A stretch of DNA of 63,585 nt, counting the filler, from Myxococcota bacterium (GTDB taxonomy: Bacteria; Myxococcota; Myxococcia; Myxococcales; Myxococcaceae), in assembly GCA_049322255.1 (NCBI GenBank). It is 4 parts of 4 records of this genome, joined end to end, with 100 filler letters (N's around TTAATTAATTAA, not from the genome) between each part and the next. Parts side by side here need not be neighbours in the genome. Positions count along the whole stretch, not along the records: positions 35,677 to 51,743 come from JBMORE010000096.1; 3 more parts are not named here. The stretch is one strand, 5' to 3'. The notes beneath the pieces are model-generated. The model ran no database searches, was not told where the DNA came from, and saw nothing but the letters and a program-made list of their open reading frames with translations. Both the position numbers and the translations under genes were made by a program. Below are positions 39,339-49,637 of this stretch, in pieces (the first letter of the stretch is position 1; every line of letters starts with the position of its first letter).

Positions 39339-39394
39339 GGCTTGCTCCCTTTGGCGAAAACTCGGGCGGATTCATTTCCGCTCACCCGGCTGGA

Positions 39395-39412
39395 TTGCAA
39401 CGGACGAGCCTG
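39395..39412 (-). promoter_or_regulatory. sigma54 -24/-12 promoter
   Basis: CAGGCTCGTCCGTTGCAA = GG-N10-GC with canonical TTGCA. Confidence 0.65.
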
Positions 39413-39460
39413 GCGCCCACGATTCCAACTCTCTGAGATTTCAAGCCGCCGCACCGCGAG

Positions 39461-39503
39461 GCGTAGGCAGAAGCCAACAGCTCCCCGAGGGCCGCGTAGG
39501 CAA
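39461..39503. promoter_or_regulatory. Direct repeat GCGTAGGCA x2 (33-bp period), candidate enhancer
   Basis: Copies at 39461 and 39494, between the sigma54 site and the divergent activator. Confidence 0.55.
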
Positions 39504-39547
39504 CTACCTTCATCTGATCAGCTATATTCGGACGCGGCCACCCACCT

Positions 39548-40906
<1,359 letters not shown>

Positions 40907-40921
40907 GTCGAACGTCCTCGC

Positions 40922-41323
40922 TCAACTCTCCCTCTGGGCCAAAATCACTCCTTCACCCATCACCACTCGTGCGAAGCGGCTTCCGGCGGTGGCCAGCCGC
41001 TCCAGCTCGGATTGGGTGTAGGCAAAGATGTCGCAAGCCAAACCGACGCCCGAGAAGTAGCGCATCAGGGGGGAGGTCCGTTCCAGCGGAGGAAGCGCGG
41101 AGTCCGTCAACAGGATGAGAAGATCTGCATCGCTTCCCGGGTGCGCCTCGCCGCGGGCCAAGGAACCGAAAAGCCGAACCTCCTGGACGTCTGCGCGCGC
41201 GCGCAAGAGCCGTTGCGCGCATTGTCGGAGCTTGGCCATCGCCTCCGCCCGCTCCAGCCGAAAAACGCGAACAGACTCACCGCGATACGATTGCCTGACA
41301 GACGACAAGGATGGACTCCGCAT
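40922..41323 (-). CDS. Minimal nucleotidyltransferase (MNT)
   Basis: LFGSLARGEAHPGSDADL; DIFAYT..E; start uncertain. Confidence 0.85.
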   Translation of the reverse strand: MRSPSLSSVRQSYRGESVRVFRLERAEAMAKLRQCAQRLLRARADVQEVRLFGSLARGEAHPGSDADLLILLTDSALPPLERTSPLMRYFSGVGLACDIFAYTQSELERLATAGSRFARVVMGEGVILAQRES

Positions 41324-41669
41324 CGGAAATGGCGCGCTCAGCTTCGACACGTGTGTAGTAGTCAGCCGGAGCCCCGGACGGCAAGCTGTCCGGGTAACGA
41401 CTGGGGACGTAGTGCTTGTCCAACGACCGAGCGCGATCCAAGAGATCGGCTGTCACCGTGGGCTCCGGTCCCAGCGCCTCCAGGAGCTCGGTCACCGAGT
41501 GCCCCCAGGCTTCTTCACCCATGCGCTGATGGGCTGCCTTCGCCGCTTTCTCCGCTGCCTGCTGGGCGGCAAAACAGGCCCAGTTGAAGTCTCCCGCCTC
41601 GAGGGAGTGCCTGGCGTGCGCCAAGTCGGCTTCTGCCTGCCGAAACCAATCCGCCGCACGAATCGCCAT
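41277..41669 (-). CDS. HEPN domain protein (COG2250-like)
   Basis: DWFRQAEADL, WACFAAQQAAEKA, WGHSV, LDKHYVPSRYP. Confidence 0.9.
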   Translation of the reverse strand: MAIRAADWFRQAEADLAHARHSLEAGDFNWACFAAQQAAEKAAKAAHQRMGEEAWGHSVTELLEALGPEPTVTADLLDRARSLDKHYVPSRYPDSLPSGAPADYYTRVEAERAISDAESILVVCQAIVSR

Positions 41670-41762
41670 GGGACTCGACCCTAACGCGACGCCCCCACAA
41701 CGCCAACTGCTCAGGCAGCTTGCGAAGCGTGCCCAAATAAGCAGCTGCGCGAAGCGCGATGA

Positions 41763-43211
41763 CTACCCCGGCGCGCGCGACTTCAGCGAGCGGGTGTCGA
41801 GCTGGTACTTCTTCACCAGCCGCTCGATGGACTTTCGGTGCAAGCCGCTCTCCCGGGCCGCGCGGGAGATGTTCCCCTCGCAGCGCTTGAGCACCTGGCC
41901 GATGTACTCGCGCTCGAAGCTCTCCAAGAGCTGCTCCTTGGCGTCCTTGAAGGAGAGGTGCTCGTTGAAGGGTAGGGGCGCTTCTTTCTGCTGGCCCTGG
42001 ATGCGCGCCGGCAGGTGGAGGACGTCGATTTCCTCCCCGTCGCTGAAGGTGAGCACGTGGGAGAGCACGTTCATCAGCTCGCGGATGTTTCCCGGCCAGG
42101 GGTACGCCATGAGCATCGACAGCGCCGCGGCGGAGAAGTGCTTGCGCCCGTGCTTGGCCACCACCTCCGGGTCGGCGAGCGCCCGGCGCACGATGTGGGG
42201 AAGGTCGTCTCGACGTTGGCGAAGCGGCGGCAGCTGAATGTTGATAACCGAGAGGCGGAAGTAGAGGTCCTCCCGGAAGTTGCCCGCCTGAATCTCCTTC
42301 ACCAGGTCGCGGTTGGTGGCGGCGATGACCCGCACGTCGACCTCGATGACGTCGTTGCCTCCCACCCGCCGCACCTCGCGGTTCTCCAGCGCCCGCAAGA
42401 GCTTGGGCTGCAAATCGAGCCTAAGCTCCCCCAGCTCATCGAGAAAGATGGTGCCCCCGTCGGCGCGCTCGAAGGCCCCCGGGCGAGCCGCCACCGCTCC
42501 GGTGAAGGCGCCCTTCTCGTGGCCGAACAGCTCGCTCTCGATGAGGTTGGGAGGAATGGCGCCGCAGTCGAGCACCACCAAGGGGCCCTTCTTGCGCCCC
42601 GACAGCTCGTGAATGGCGCGGGCCACCAATTCTTTGCCGGTGCCCGTCTCCCCCTGCACGATGACCGAGACGTCCATCGGGGCAATCTTGCGGATGAGGC
42701 CGAAAATCTGCCGCATCTTCACCGACTGCCCCACCATGCCCCCCAGCACGCCATCGCGGTCGGGCTCGACGGTCAGCTCCTCGTCGATGGGGGCGAAGGT
42801 GAGCGTCGAGCTGCCCGCGCGAATTTGCGAGCCCGAGGTGAGGTAGGCACGCTCGATGCGCCGCCCGTCGAGGAAGGTGCCGTTGGTGGAGTTCAAGTCC
42901 ACCAAGAGGTAGCCGCGCTCGGTGTACTGAATCTCGAAGTGGTGGCGGCTGGCGGTGCGGTCCTCGGCGAGCACCAGGTCGTTGGAGGAGTGGGCGCCGA
43001 TGCGAATGCGCTCCTTGTCGGAGACGATTTCTTTGGAGGTGTCGGGACCGACGGTGACGGTGAGGCGGCACTTGCGCAGCTTTAAGGTGGTGCGGTTCTC
43101 CACCACCAGGGTGTGGGTGGCGGTGATGTGGCTCTCTTCGAGCGACTCCAGATACGCCTCCTCACCGGGGCTGGTGAGGATTTCGTCCTGGACGGGATTC
43201 TTGGTCGACAT
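41763..43211 (-). CDS. FHA-domain sigma54 enhancer-binding protein
   Basis: [34 protein letters not shown]. Confidence 0.95.
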   Translation of the reverse strand: MSTKNPVQDEILTSPGEEAYLESLEESHITATHTLVVENRTTLKLRKCRLTVTVGPDTSKEIVSDKERIRIGAHSSNDLVLAEDRTASRHHFEIQYTERGYLLVDLNSTNGTFLDGRRIERAYLTSGSQIRAGSSTLTFAPIDEELTVEPDRDGVLGGMVGQSVKMRQIFGLIRKIAPMDVSVIVQGETGTGKELVARAIHELSGRKKGPLVVLDCGAIPPNLIESELFGHEKGAFTGAVAARPGAFERADGGTIFLDELGELRLDLQPKLLRALENREVRRVGGNDVIEVDVRVIAATNRDLVKEIQAGNFREDLYFRLSVINIQLPPLRQRRDDLPHIVRRALADPEVVAKHGRKHFSAAALSMLMAYPWPGNIRELMNVLSHVLTFSDGEEIDVLHLPARIQGQQKEAPLPFNEHLSFKDAKEQLLESFEREYIGQVLKRCEGNISRAARESGLHRKSIERLVKKYQLDTRSLKSRAPG

Positions 43212-43285
43212 GCCCGCGAGGGAGGAAACCAGGTTCGGTGGGCAAAGGTCGAGTCGATTCGTTAGGGTGCGCCTCGCCGCCGCCG

Positions 43286-44236
43286 ATGCCTCGCAAAAAA
43301 CCCACCTCTCCCAAGCGTCCGCCGCGCCCCACCCGCGTGGCCGTGCTGTCGCGCAAGCGCTCGCTCTACTCCACCCGCCGGCTGGTGGAAGCGGTGCGCG
43401 CGCGCGGCCACCGCCCACTGGTGCTGGACACCTTGCGCTGCAACATGATTCTCGCCGCCGGCTCGCCGCGCATGCTCTACCGCGGCGTCGAGGTGCGCGG
43501 GCTGGGGGTGGTGATTCCCCGCATCGGCGCCTCCATCACCGGCTACGGGCTGGCGGTGGTGAACCACCTGGACATGATGGGAGTGCCGGTGGTGAACAGC
43601 GCGGTGGCCATCGCCCGAAGCCGGGACAAGCTGCGCTGCCTGCAGCTGCTCGCCCGCCACGGCATCGACATTCCCCGCACGGTGATGGCGCACGACCGAA
43701 GCCACGTGGGCAGGCTGCTCGAGGAGGTGGGCGGGCTGCCCGCCATCATCAAGCTCTTGCGGGGCACCCAGGGGGTGGGGGTGATGATTGCCTCCACCGT
43801 GCAAGAGGTGCAGACCATCGTCGACACCTTTTGGGACTTGGGTCAGGAAATCGTCCTCCAGGAATTCATTCAGGAGTCCAAGGGCGCCGACGTGCGCGCG
43901 CTGGTGGTGGGGAATCGGGTGGTGGGGGCGATGCGGCGCAAGGCGAAGAAGGGGGAGTTTCGCTCCAACATCCACCGCGGCGGAGAGGGAAAGCCCATCG
44001 CCCTGCCGCCGGCATTCGAGGAGGTGGCGGTGCGGGCGGCGCAGATTGTCGGGCTGGAGATCGCCGGCGTCGACATGCTCGAGAGCGCGCAAGGGCCCAA
44101 GGTGATGGAAATCAACTCCAGCCCCGGCTTCGAAGGCCTGGAGAAGGCCACCGGCAAGGACATCGCCGGGGCGATGGTGGAGCACGCGCTCGTTTTTTCG
44201 AAGCACCCCTCTCCTTCTGGCAGAGGGCAAGGGTGA
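43286..44236 (+). CDS. rimK: RimK-family alpha-L-glutamate ligase (ATP-grasp)
   Basis: LYSTRRL, IPRIGASIT, RSRDKLR, GTQG.GV, QEFI.E, FRSNIHRGG, EINSSPG. Confidence 0.9.
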   Translation: MPRKKPTSPKRPPRPTRVAVLSRKRSLYSTRRLVEAVRARGHRPLVLDTLRCNMILAAGSPRMLYRGVEVRGLGVVIPRIGASITGYGLAVVNHLDMMGVPVVNSAVAIARSRDKLRCLQLLARHGIDIPRTVMAHDRSHVGRLLEEVGGLPAIIKLLRGTQGVGVMIASTVQEVQTIVDTFWDLGQEIVLQEFIQESKGADVRALVVGNRVVGAMRRKAKKGEFRSNIHRGGEGKPIALPPAFEEVAVRAAQIVGLEIAGVDMLESAQGPKVMEINSSPGFEGLEKATGKDIAGAMVEHALVFSKHPSPSGRGQG

Positions 44237-44239
44237 GGG
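44207..44239 (+). repeat. REP-like element supplying the last codons and stop of rimK
   Basis: CCCTCTCCTTCTGGCAGAGGG-caa-GGGTGAGGG. Confidence 0.6.
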
Positions 44240-44347
44240 GTCATGCCCTCGTTCGACCCCCTGCTCAAAGCCAGGACAGGCTTCTTTTTTTGCCCCGCGG
44301 AGGGATTGTCGTTGCCCGTGCCGCTCTCTTACAGTCGCGGTCACCCC

Positions 44348-45010
44348 ATGAAATCCTCGAAGCCGATCGAGGTCGTGCTCTACCAGGACGTGTTGTGCGC
44401 CTGGTGCTTGGTGGCCGAGACGCGCCTTGCCCCGCTGCGCGAGGAATTTCGCGAGCTGGTGCGGTGGAGGGTGCGGCCCTACCCTTTGCGCGTGCGCGAG
44501 ACGCCGCCGACGAAGCGTGAGCTGGAGGCGCGGGCCAAAGAGATTCACAAAGCGCGCAAAGAACCCGAGGGCGCTCGACTCTCCAGCGTGCTGTGGACCT
44601 CGGGCGATGCGCCGCGCTCGTCCTTACCGGCGCTGGCGGCGCTCGAGGCGGCCAAGCTGCAGGGAGTGACGGCCCACGCCCAGCTTTCACGGGCGCTGCG
44701 TTGCGCGGCCCTCGAACAGGGAGTGAACGTGGCCCGCAGCGACGTGCTCTTCGAGCTCGCCACCCACGTGGGGCTGGACATGACTCGCTTCTCGGCCGCC
44801 TTCCAATCGGCGGAGACGCGCCGGCTCATCCTCGAGGAGCACCGCTACGCCAGCGAACGCGGGGTGAAGGGGGTGCCCACGCTGGTCATCGGCGCGCGGT
44901 GGATGATTTCCGGCCTCCGTTCGGTGGGCGAATACCGCGAGCTCATCCTCTCCTGCCTGGGCAAGACCGGAGTCACCGGCGAAGGCAGCCGGGAGCGCAC
45001 GTTGCACTGA
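44348..45010 (+). CDS. DsbA/FrnE-family oxidoreductase
   Basis: DVLCAWC and GVKGVPT cis-Pro loop. Confidence 0.85.
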   Translation: MKSSKPIEVVLYQDVLCAWCLVAETRLAPLREEFRELVRWRVRPYPLRVRETPPTKRELEARAKEIHKARKEPEGARLSSVLWTSGDAPRSSLPALAALEAAKLQGVTAHAQLSRALRCAALEQGVNVARSDVLFELATHVGLDMTRFSAAFQSAETRRLILEEHRYASERGVKGVPTLVIGARWMISGLRSVGEYRELILSCLGKTGVTGEGSRERTLH

Positions 45011-45085
45011 AGTTTGAATACAATCGGCCCGCCTTCGTTTGATCGGCTCGACTTGGCCGTTTTCGGCCCAGAAAGGACCGTTGCC

Positions 45086-46357
45086 ATGCGCCGCCTCTTG
45101 ATGCTCGCCGCCCCCGCGCTGTTGCTTCTGGGAAGCGCCTGCACCGTCCACACCACTGGCTACCGCTACCGGACGGTCGACGTGTACGCCTACAGCTACT
45201 ACGACGCCCACCCGGTGCCGGTGGGTAACGGCGGCGGCTGGTGCTTCATCGAAGGCAACCACAGCCACGAGTACGCGCCGGACTACAGCTACTACTCTTA
45301 CAACGACAACTACTACCGCTACTCCGGGCCGACGGTGGTCTGGTACTTCGACTACCACCCGCTTCCTTCCGGCGGGTATTGCAACCTCCCCGGCCGCCAC
45401 TCGCACGACTACACGCCGGGGGCCCACGCGCGCCACTACCACTGGGACCGGGGTCGCAACGTCTACGTCTACAACGACCCGCGAGGACCCGGCCGCTACC
45501 ATGACGCTACGGGCAACTTTGCGCCGCCCCCGCCGGGCAACCCCACCTACGTATCGCCTCCTGGCTCGGGGCACAGCGGACTGACTCCCCCGCCCCCTCC
45601 TCCCGGCAGCGGGAGCTTCGTGCCGCCTCCGGGGAATTCGGGAAACGCCCCCGGCCACTCTGGCATGGTGCCTCCCGGTCATGGCTTTGCTCCGCCTCCT
45701 CCCGGCGGCGGCTACAACTCGCCTCCGCCGGCGGGCAACGTGGCCACCCCTCCCCGCGGGGGCGGCTTCTTCCCTCCGGGGCGTGACAACCGTCCCCCAC
45801 CTCCGGGCAACTTCACCCCCCCGCCCAGCGGAGGCGGCTTCCTTCCTCCGGGGCGTGACAACCGTCCCCCGCCTCCGGTGGGCAACGTCAACACCCCGCC
45901 CAGCGGGAGCGGCTTCTTTCCTCCGGGGCGTGACAACCGCCCCCCGCCTCCGGTGGGCAACGTGAATACTCCTCCCGCCGGCTTCTACAACGGCGCGCGT
46001 GACAACCGCCCCCCGCCTCCGGTGGGCAATGTGAATACTCCTCCCACCGGCTTCTACAACGGCGTGCATGACAACCGTCCTCCTCCTCCGGTGGGCAACG
46101 TCAACACCCCACCCCCGCGCGGCAACACCGTCGCGCCACCTCCCCGTGGGGAGCGGCCGGAGCACGTGATGCCTCACAAGGTGGATCCGCCCTCGGTGGG
46201 CCGCCCGCCGCCGCCGAACCCCGCGAACGTCGCGCCGCCACCCTCCGGAGGCAAGAAACCACCGCCGGGCCCGGCCCCGGTGCTACCCGGACCTCCGCCG
46301 GCAAAGGGCCGTCCCGGCATGGGAGGCCTGCCGCCGCCTCCTCCAGGTGGCAAGTAA
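45086..46357 (+). CDS. Lipoprotein with His/Cys/Tyr-rich duplicated module and Pro-rich tandem repeats
   Basis: Lipobox GSAC; HP..GG.C...G.HSH.Y.P x2; RDNRPPPP repeats. Confidence 0.75.
   Translation: MRRLLMLAAPALLLLGSACTVHTTGYRYRTVDVYAYSYYDAHPVPVGNGGGWCFIEGNHSHEYAPDYSYYSYNDNYYRYSGPTVVWYFDYHPLPSGGYCNLPGRHSHDYTPGAHARHYHWDRGRNVYVYNDPRGPGRYHDATGNFAPPPPGNPTYVSPPGSGHSGLTPPPPPPGSGSFVPPPGNSGNAPGHSGMVPPGHGFAPPPPGGGYNSPPPAGNVATPPRGGGFFPPGRDNRPPPPGNFTPPPSGGGFLPPGRDNRPPPPVGNVNTPPSGSGFFPPGRDNRPPPPVGNVNTPPAGFYNGARDNRPPPPVGNVNTPPTGFYNGVHDNRPPPPVGNVNTPPPRGNTVAPPPRGERPEHVMPHKVDPPSVGRPPPPNPANVAPPPSGGKKPPPGPAPVLPGPPPAKGRPGMGGLPPPPPGGK
45760..46135 (+). repeat. Coding tandem repeat, 5 copies of 69-75 bp
   Basis: C(G/A)TGACAACCG core at 45782, 45854, 45929, 45998 and 46067. 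Confidence 0.85.
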
Positions 46358-46500
46358 GCCATCGGCCGCGGTTCCGAATCCCTCCCTCAGCCCCCGGGCC
46401 TGCCAGACCTTTCGCCGCAGGTGAATCGTTTCTTCAAGCGACTCGACGCCTAGCGCCAGATGCAAGTAGGTTCCGTCCCCTTCTTTTGACGGGAGAGGAC

Positions 46501-47937
46501 ATGACTTCGTGCATCCGGCGGGCGGCGCTTTGGGCGGCGCTCACCTTCGCCACCGTTTCCCACGCTTCCGGCTTCTACTTCGGTGACAACGGCACCAAGA
46601 CGCTCCTGCAAGGAGGCGCCTTCGCCGCACAGGCCGACGACCTCACCGCCATTCAGCACAACCCGGGCGGGTTGGCTTTCCAGACGGGCACGAGCTTCCT
46701 CCTCGACTCCCAGCTATTGGGCCACGACATCCGCTTCACCCGTAAAGACGCCGACGGTCGGGTACCCACCAACCTGTCCACGGTGACCAACCGCGGCGGG
46801 CTCTTCCTCCTGCCCAACCTGGGAGGCGGCTACAACCTTTCCCTCGCCGGCCGGCCGTTCACCGTGGCCTTCGGAGTGTACGGACCGCCCTCGGTGGGTC
46901 GCTACCTCTTCAACGAGCCCGACTACACCCGGGAGGGAACCTCCTACGTGGCCGACCCTCGCAAGTACGCCCCCAACCGCTACGCGCTCATCAAGAACGA
47001 CGTCATCATCCTCTACCCCTCCCTCTCCGCTTCGTACGCCCTCCACCCGCGCATCGCCGTCGGGGCCTCGCTCCAGTACGTCTTCTCCAAGTTCACCTTC
47101 ACCCAAGCGGTGACTTCGCTCCTGTTTCCTCCCGCCCGGCAGTTCGAAGAGGACCCCGCGTTCGACTCGCTGGTCACCGTCGACTTACAAGGCCAGCCAG
47201 CGGTGACCGGCATCCTCGGGGTGCTGGCCAAACCCACCGACTCGTTTTCGGTGGGCGCTTCGGTGCGGCCCCCGGTGCCACTCACCGCGCGGGGCAAGTT
47301 CGAGATTGCCTTGGGCGAGGTGGCGCGGGGGCTGAACACGGTGGTGGAGGGAGACCAGGCCCAGCTGAACCTCACCTTGCCCCTGGAAGTGCGGGTGGGC
47401 GCGCGCTTCTCGCCCTCACCCGCCTGGGGCCTCAACGCCGACGTCGTCTACCTGGGCTGGCAGTCGGTGCAGGAGCTGCTCCTCACCCCCGAAATCTCCA
47501 CCCAGATTGGCTCGGGCGCGATGACGCCGGTGGAGCCCCTGCACATCCCCAAGCGCTGGCGGCACACCCTCTCCGGGCGGCTGGGCGGCTCGTACAGCTT
47601 CGGCTTCGGGCTGACCACCTACGCGGGCTTTTTGGTGGAAGAGAACGCCTCCCCCACGGAGTACACCAACATCGACTTCCTCCACCCCACCCGGGCCATC
47701 GTCGCCGCCGGCGTCGGGTACCGGTTCGGCAACTTCGATTTCCTCCTCGGCGGGGCGTACTCGCCTCCGGTCACCCTCGAGGTCACCCAATCCCACGTAC
47801 GCGCGGGAAACACCGATGCCTCGGTGCAGCAGGCGTGTGCGCAGACACCGACGTGCACGGTGGGCCTGGGCACCTACGTCTCCGGCGGGTACATCGCCAC
47901 CTTGGGCATTCGCGGCCGCTTCGGAGGAGCCCCATGA
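46501..47937 (+). CDS. OmpP1/FadL-family outer-membrane transporter
   Basis: Signal peptide; SGFYF...GGAFAAQADD.TAI.HNPGGL hatch motif; barrel strands. Confidence 0.88.
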   Translation: MTSCIRRAALWAALTFATVSHASGFYFGDNGTKTLLQGGAFAAQADDLTAIQHNPGGLAFQTGTSFLLDSQLLGHDIRFTRKDADGRVPTNLSTVTNRGGLFLLPNLGGGYNLSLAGRPFTVAFGVYGPPSVGRYLFNEPDYTREGTSYVADPRKYAPNRYALIKNDVIILYPSLSASYALHPRIAVGASLQYVFSKFTFTQAVTSLLFPPARQFEEDPAFDSLVTVDLQGQPAVTGILGVLAKPTDSFSVGASVRPPVPLTARGKFEIALGEVARGLNTVVEGDQAQLNLTLPLEVRVGARFSPSPAWGLNADVVYLGWQSVQELLLTPEISTQIGSGAMTPVEPLHIPKRWRHTLSGRLGGSYSFGFGLTTYAGFLVEENASPTEYTNIDFLHPTRAIVAAGVGYRFGNFDFLLGGAYSPPVTLEVTQSHVRAGNTDASVQQACAQTPTCTVGLGTYVSGGYIATLGIRGRFGGAP

Positions 47938-48839
47938 AGCACACGCTCTTCTTCGCGCTGGGGTTGTTGTGCCTCGGCTGTCCGAACGGCTCCACGGGCT
48001 CCGACGGCGGCGAGTCCGACGGGGACATCGAGCCCACCGACATTGAAATCGACGTCTCCGGGACCGCGCGGGTGCACCCGGCGGCGGTGGACTTCTTGAA
48101 CACCAACGGGCGAGCGGTGCCTTCGATTGAAGGGCTCACCTTGCGGGTGGAGGAGCCGCTCAAGGTGGCGCTCCACGACCCCTTGGGCGAGTTCGGCACC
48201 GTCATCCTCGACGGCGGAGGGGCTTTCCGGGTGAACGCGGTGCCGGTGCAGCTGGTGAACCTGGGCATCGCCGCCGGCATTCGTGACGAGACCGATGCGG
48301 GCGTGTGCGGCGCCGACGCCGGAGTGCCCGACGGCGGGTGCAAGACGGTGTACCGGGTGGTGCGCTCGGCCACGGTGCTCTACGACGTGGCGCTGGAACA
48401 AAAAAAACCAGAGACGGACATCACCGGCGCGGTGGCTTTCGCGATACCCACGGACTTTCACGAGCAGCTCACCGCCGCCGTCACCCCGGCGACCATTTTG
48501 CAAATCACCGGCGCCAACCAGAAGTCCACCTTGCTCGAAGCGGGCTTCATGCTCGGCCGCATCGTCGACGCGCAGGGCAACCCGGTGGCGAACGCCAAGG
48601 TGGCGCCCTCCCCGGCGGCGCTGGCCTCGCAGTTTTTCTACCCCACCAGCGACCTTTCCGGCACCCAGGGCTCGACCTCGGCCAACGGCCTCTTCGTCTT
48701 CGTGCACACCGGCGGCGATGTGAACACCTTCCGTTTCACCATCGAGGGGAAGAGCGAGTATCGCCAGCGCAACGCGGGCGCGGCCAAGGACGCCTGCCTG
48801 GTGGTGACGGTCTACCCGGGCACCACCCCGCCTCCGTGA
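47934..48839 (+). CDS. Hypothetical lipoprotein
   Basis: Lipobox CLGC; ATGA overlap with the FadL-like gene. Confidence 0.75.
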   Translation: MKHTLFFALGLLCLGCPNGSTGSDGGESDGDIEPTDIEIDVSGTARVHPAAVDFLNTNGRAVPSIEGLTLRVEEPLKVALHDPLGEFGTVILDGGGAFRVNAVPVQLVNLGIAAGIRDETDAGVCGADAGVPDGGCKTVYRVVRSATVLYDVALEQKKPETDITGAVAFAIPTDFHEQLTAAVTPATILQITGANQKSTLLEAGFMLGRIVDAQGNPVANAKVAPSPAALASQFFYPTSDLSGTQGSTSANGLFVFVHTGGDVNTFRFTIEGKSEYRQRNAGAAKDACLVVTVYPGTTPPP

Positions 48840-48860
48840 GGTTGTCCGCCATCGCTGAAT

Positions 48861-48893
48861 CCCTCTCCCGGTGGGAGAGGGCAAGGACGAGGG
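48861..48893 (+). repeat. REP-like palindrome
   Basis: CCCTCTCCC-ggt-GGGAGAGGG-caa-GGACGAGGG. Confidence 0.7.
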
Positions 48894-48897
48894 CCCC

Positions 48898-49635
48898 GTG
48901 AGACTGTTCGCCATCGGGGACACCCATCTTCCCTCCACCCGGGGGAAGGACATGGAGCGCTTCGGCTGGATGGGCCACCCCGCCCCCCTGGCGCGCGCCT
49001 GGGACGAGAAGGTGCGGCCCGAGGACGTCGTCATCGTGGCGGGGGACATCTCTTGGGCGACACGGCCCACCGAGGTGGAGGGAGATTTGGCGTGGCTGGA
49101 GGCGCGGCCAGGGAAGAAGGTGCTCATCCGCGGGAACCACGACTATTGGTGGGGCGACTCGGCCACCAAGCTGCGCCGGCTTTTTGAGCCATATCCGTCC
49201 GTCGTCGGTTTCCTCCACCACGGCAGCGCGGTGCAGGTGGGCCCTTTCCTCATCGCCGGCACCCGGCTGTGGACGACCGCCGAGGCGCCGCCCATGCCCG
49301 CGGGAGAGATGGGCGATGAGAAGGCGAGCGTCGGTTACGTGGAGCGCGAAACCCGGCGGCTGGCGACCAGCATCGAGGCCGCGCAGAAGATGGAGGCGCA
49401 GGCGTCGGCGAAGCTGCGCCGGGTGGTGGCGGTGCATTTCCCGCCGCTGTACGCCAACCTCCTTCCCACCGCCTTCTCCCGGCTCATCGAAGCCTTCCAT
49501 CCGGAAGTGTGCGTCTACGGCCACCTCCACGGCCCGGGCATTCCCGTCGGCTTCACCGGAGTGCTGTACGGCACCCGCTACGTGCTCGCCTCCTGCGACG
49601 CGGCGGGGTTTTCGCCGGTGCTGCTGCTCGAATGA
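48898..49635 (+). CDS. Calcineurin-like metallophosphoesterase
   Basis: DTH, GDISWA, GNHDYWW, HFPP and GHLH motifs. Confidence 0.9.
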   Translation: MRLFAIGDTHLPSTRGKDMERFGWMGHPAPLARAWDEKVRPEDVVIVAGDISWATRPTEVEGDLAWLEARPGKKVLIRGNHDYWWGDSATKLRRLFEPYPSVVGFLHHGSAVQVGPFLIAGTRLWTTAEAPPMPAGEMGDEKASVGYVERETRRLATSIEAAQKMEAQASAKLRRVVAVHFPPLYANLLPTAFSRLIEAFHPEVCVYGHLHGPGIPVGFTGVLYGTRYVLASCDAAGFSPVLLLE

Positions 49636-49637
49636 CG

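Noticed and set aside
43286..44236. RimK as the modifier of the Glu-terminated peptide
   Set aside because: RimK extends C-terminal Glu residues, but this gene is 5 kb away, on the other strand and in a separate operon; no direct support
45760..46135. Possible CRISPR array
   Set aside because: Repeat lengths are multiples of three, lie within a CDS, have no unique spacers, and no cas genes are present
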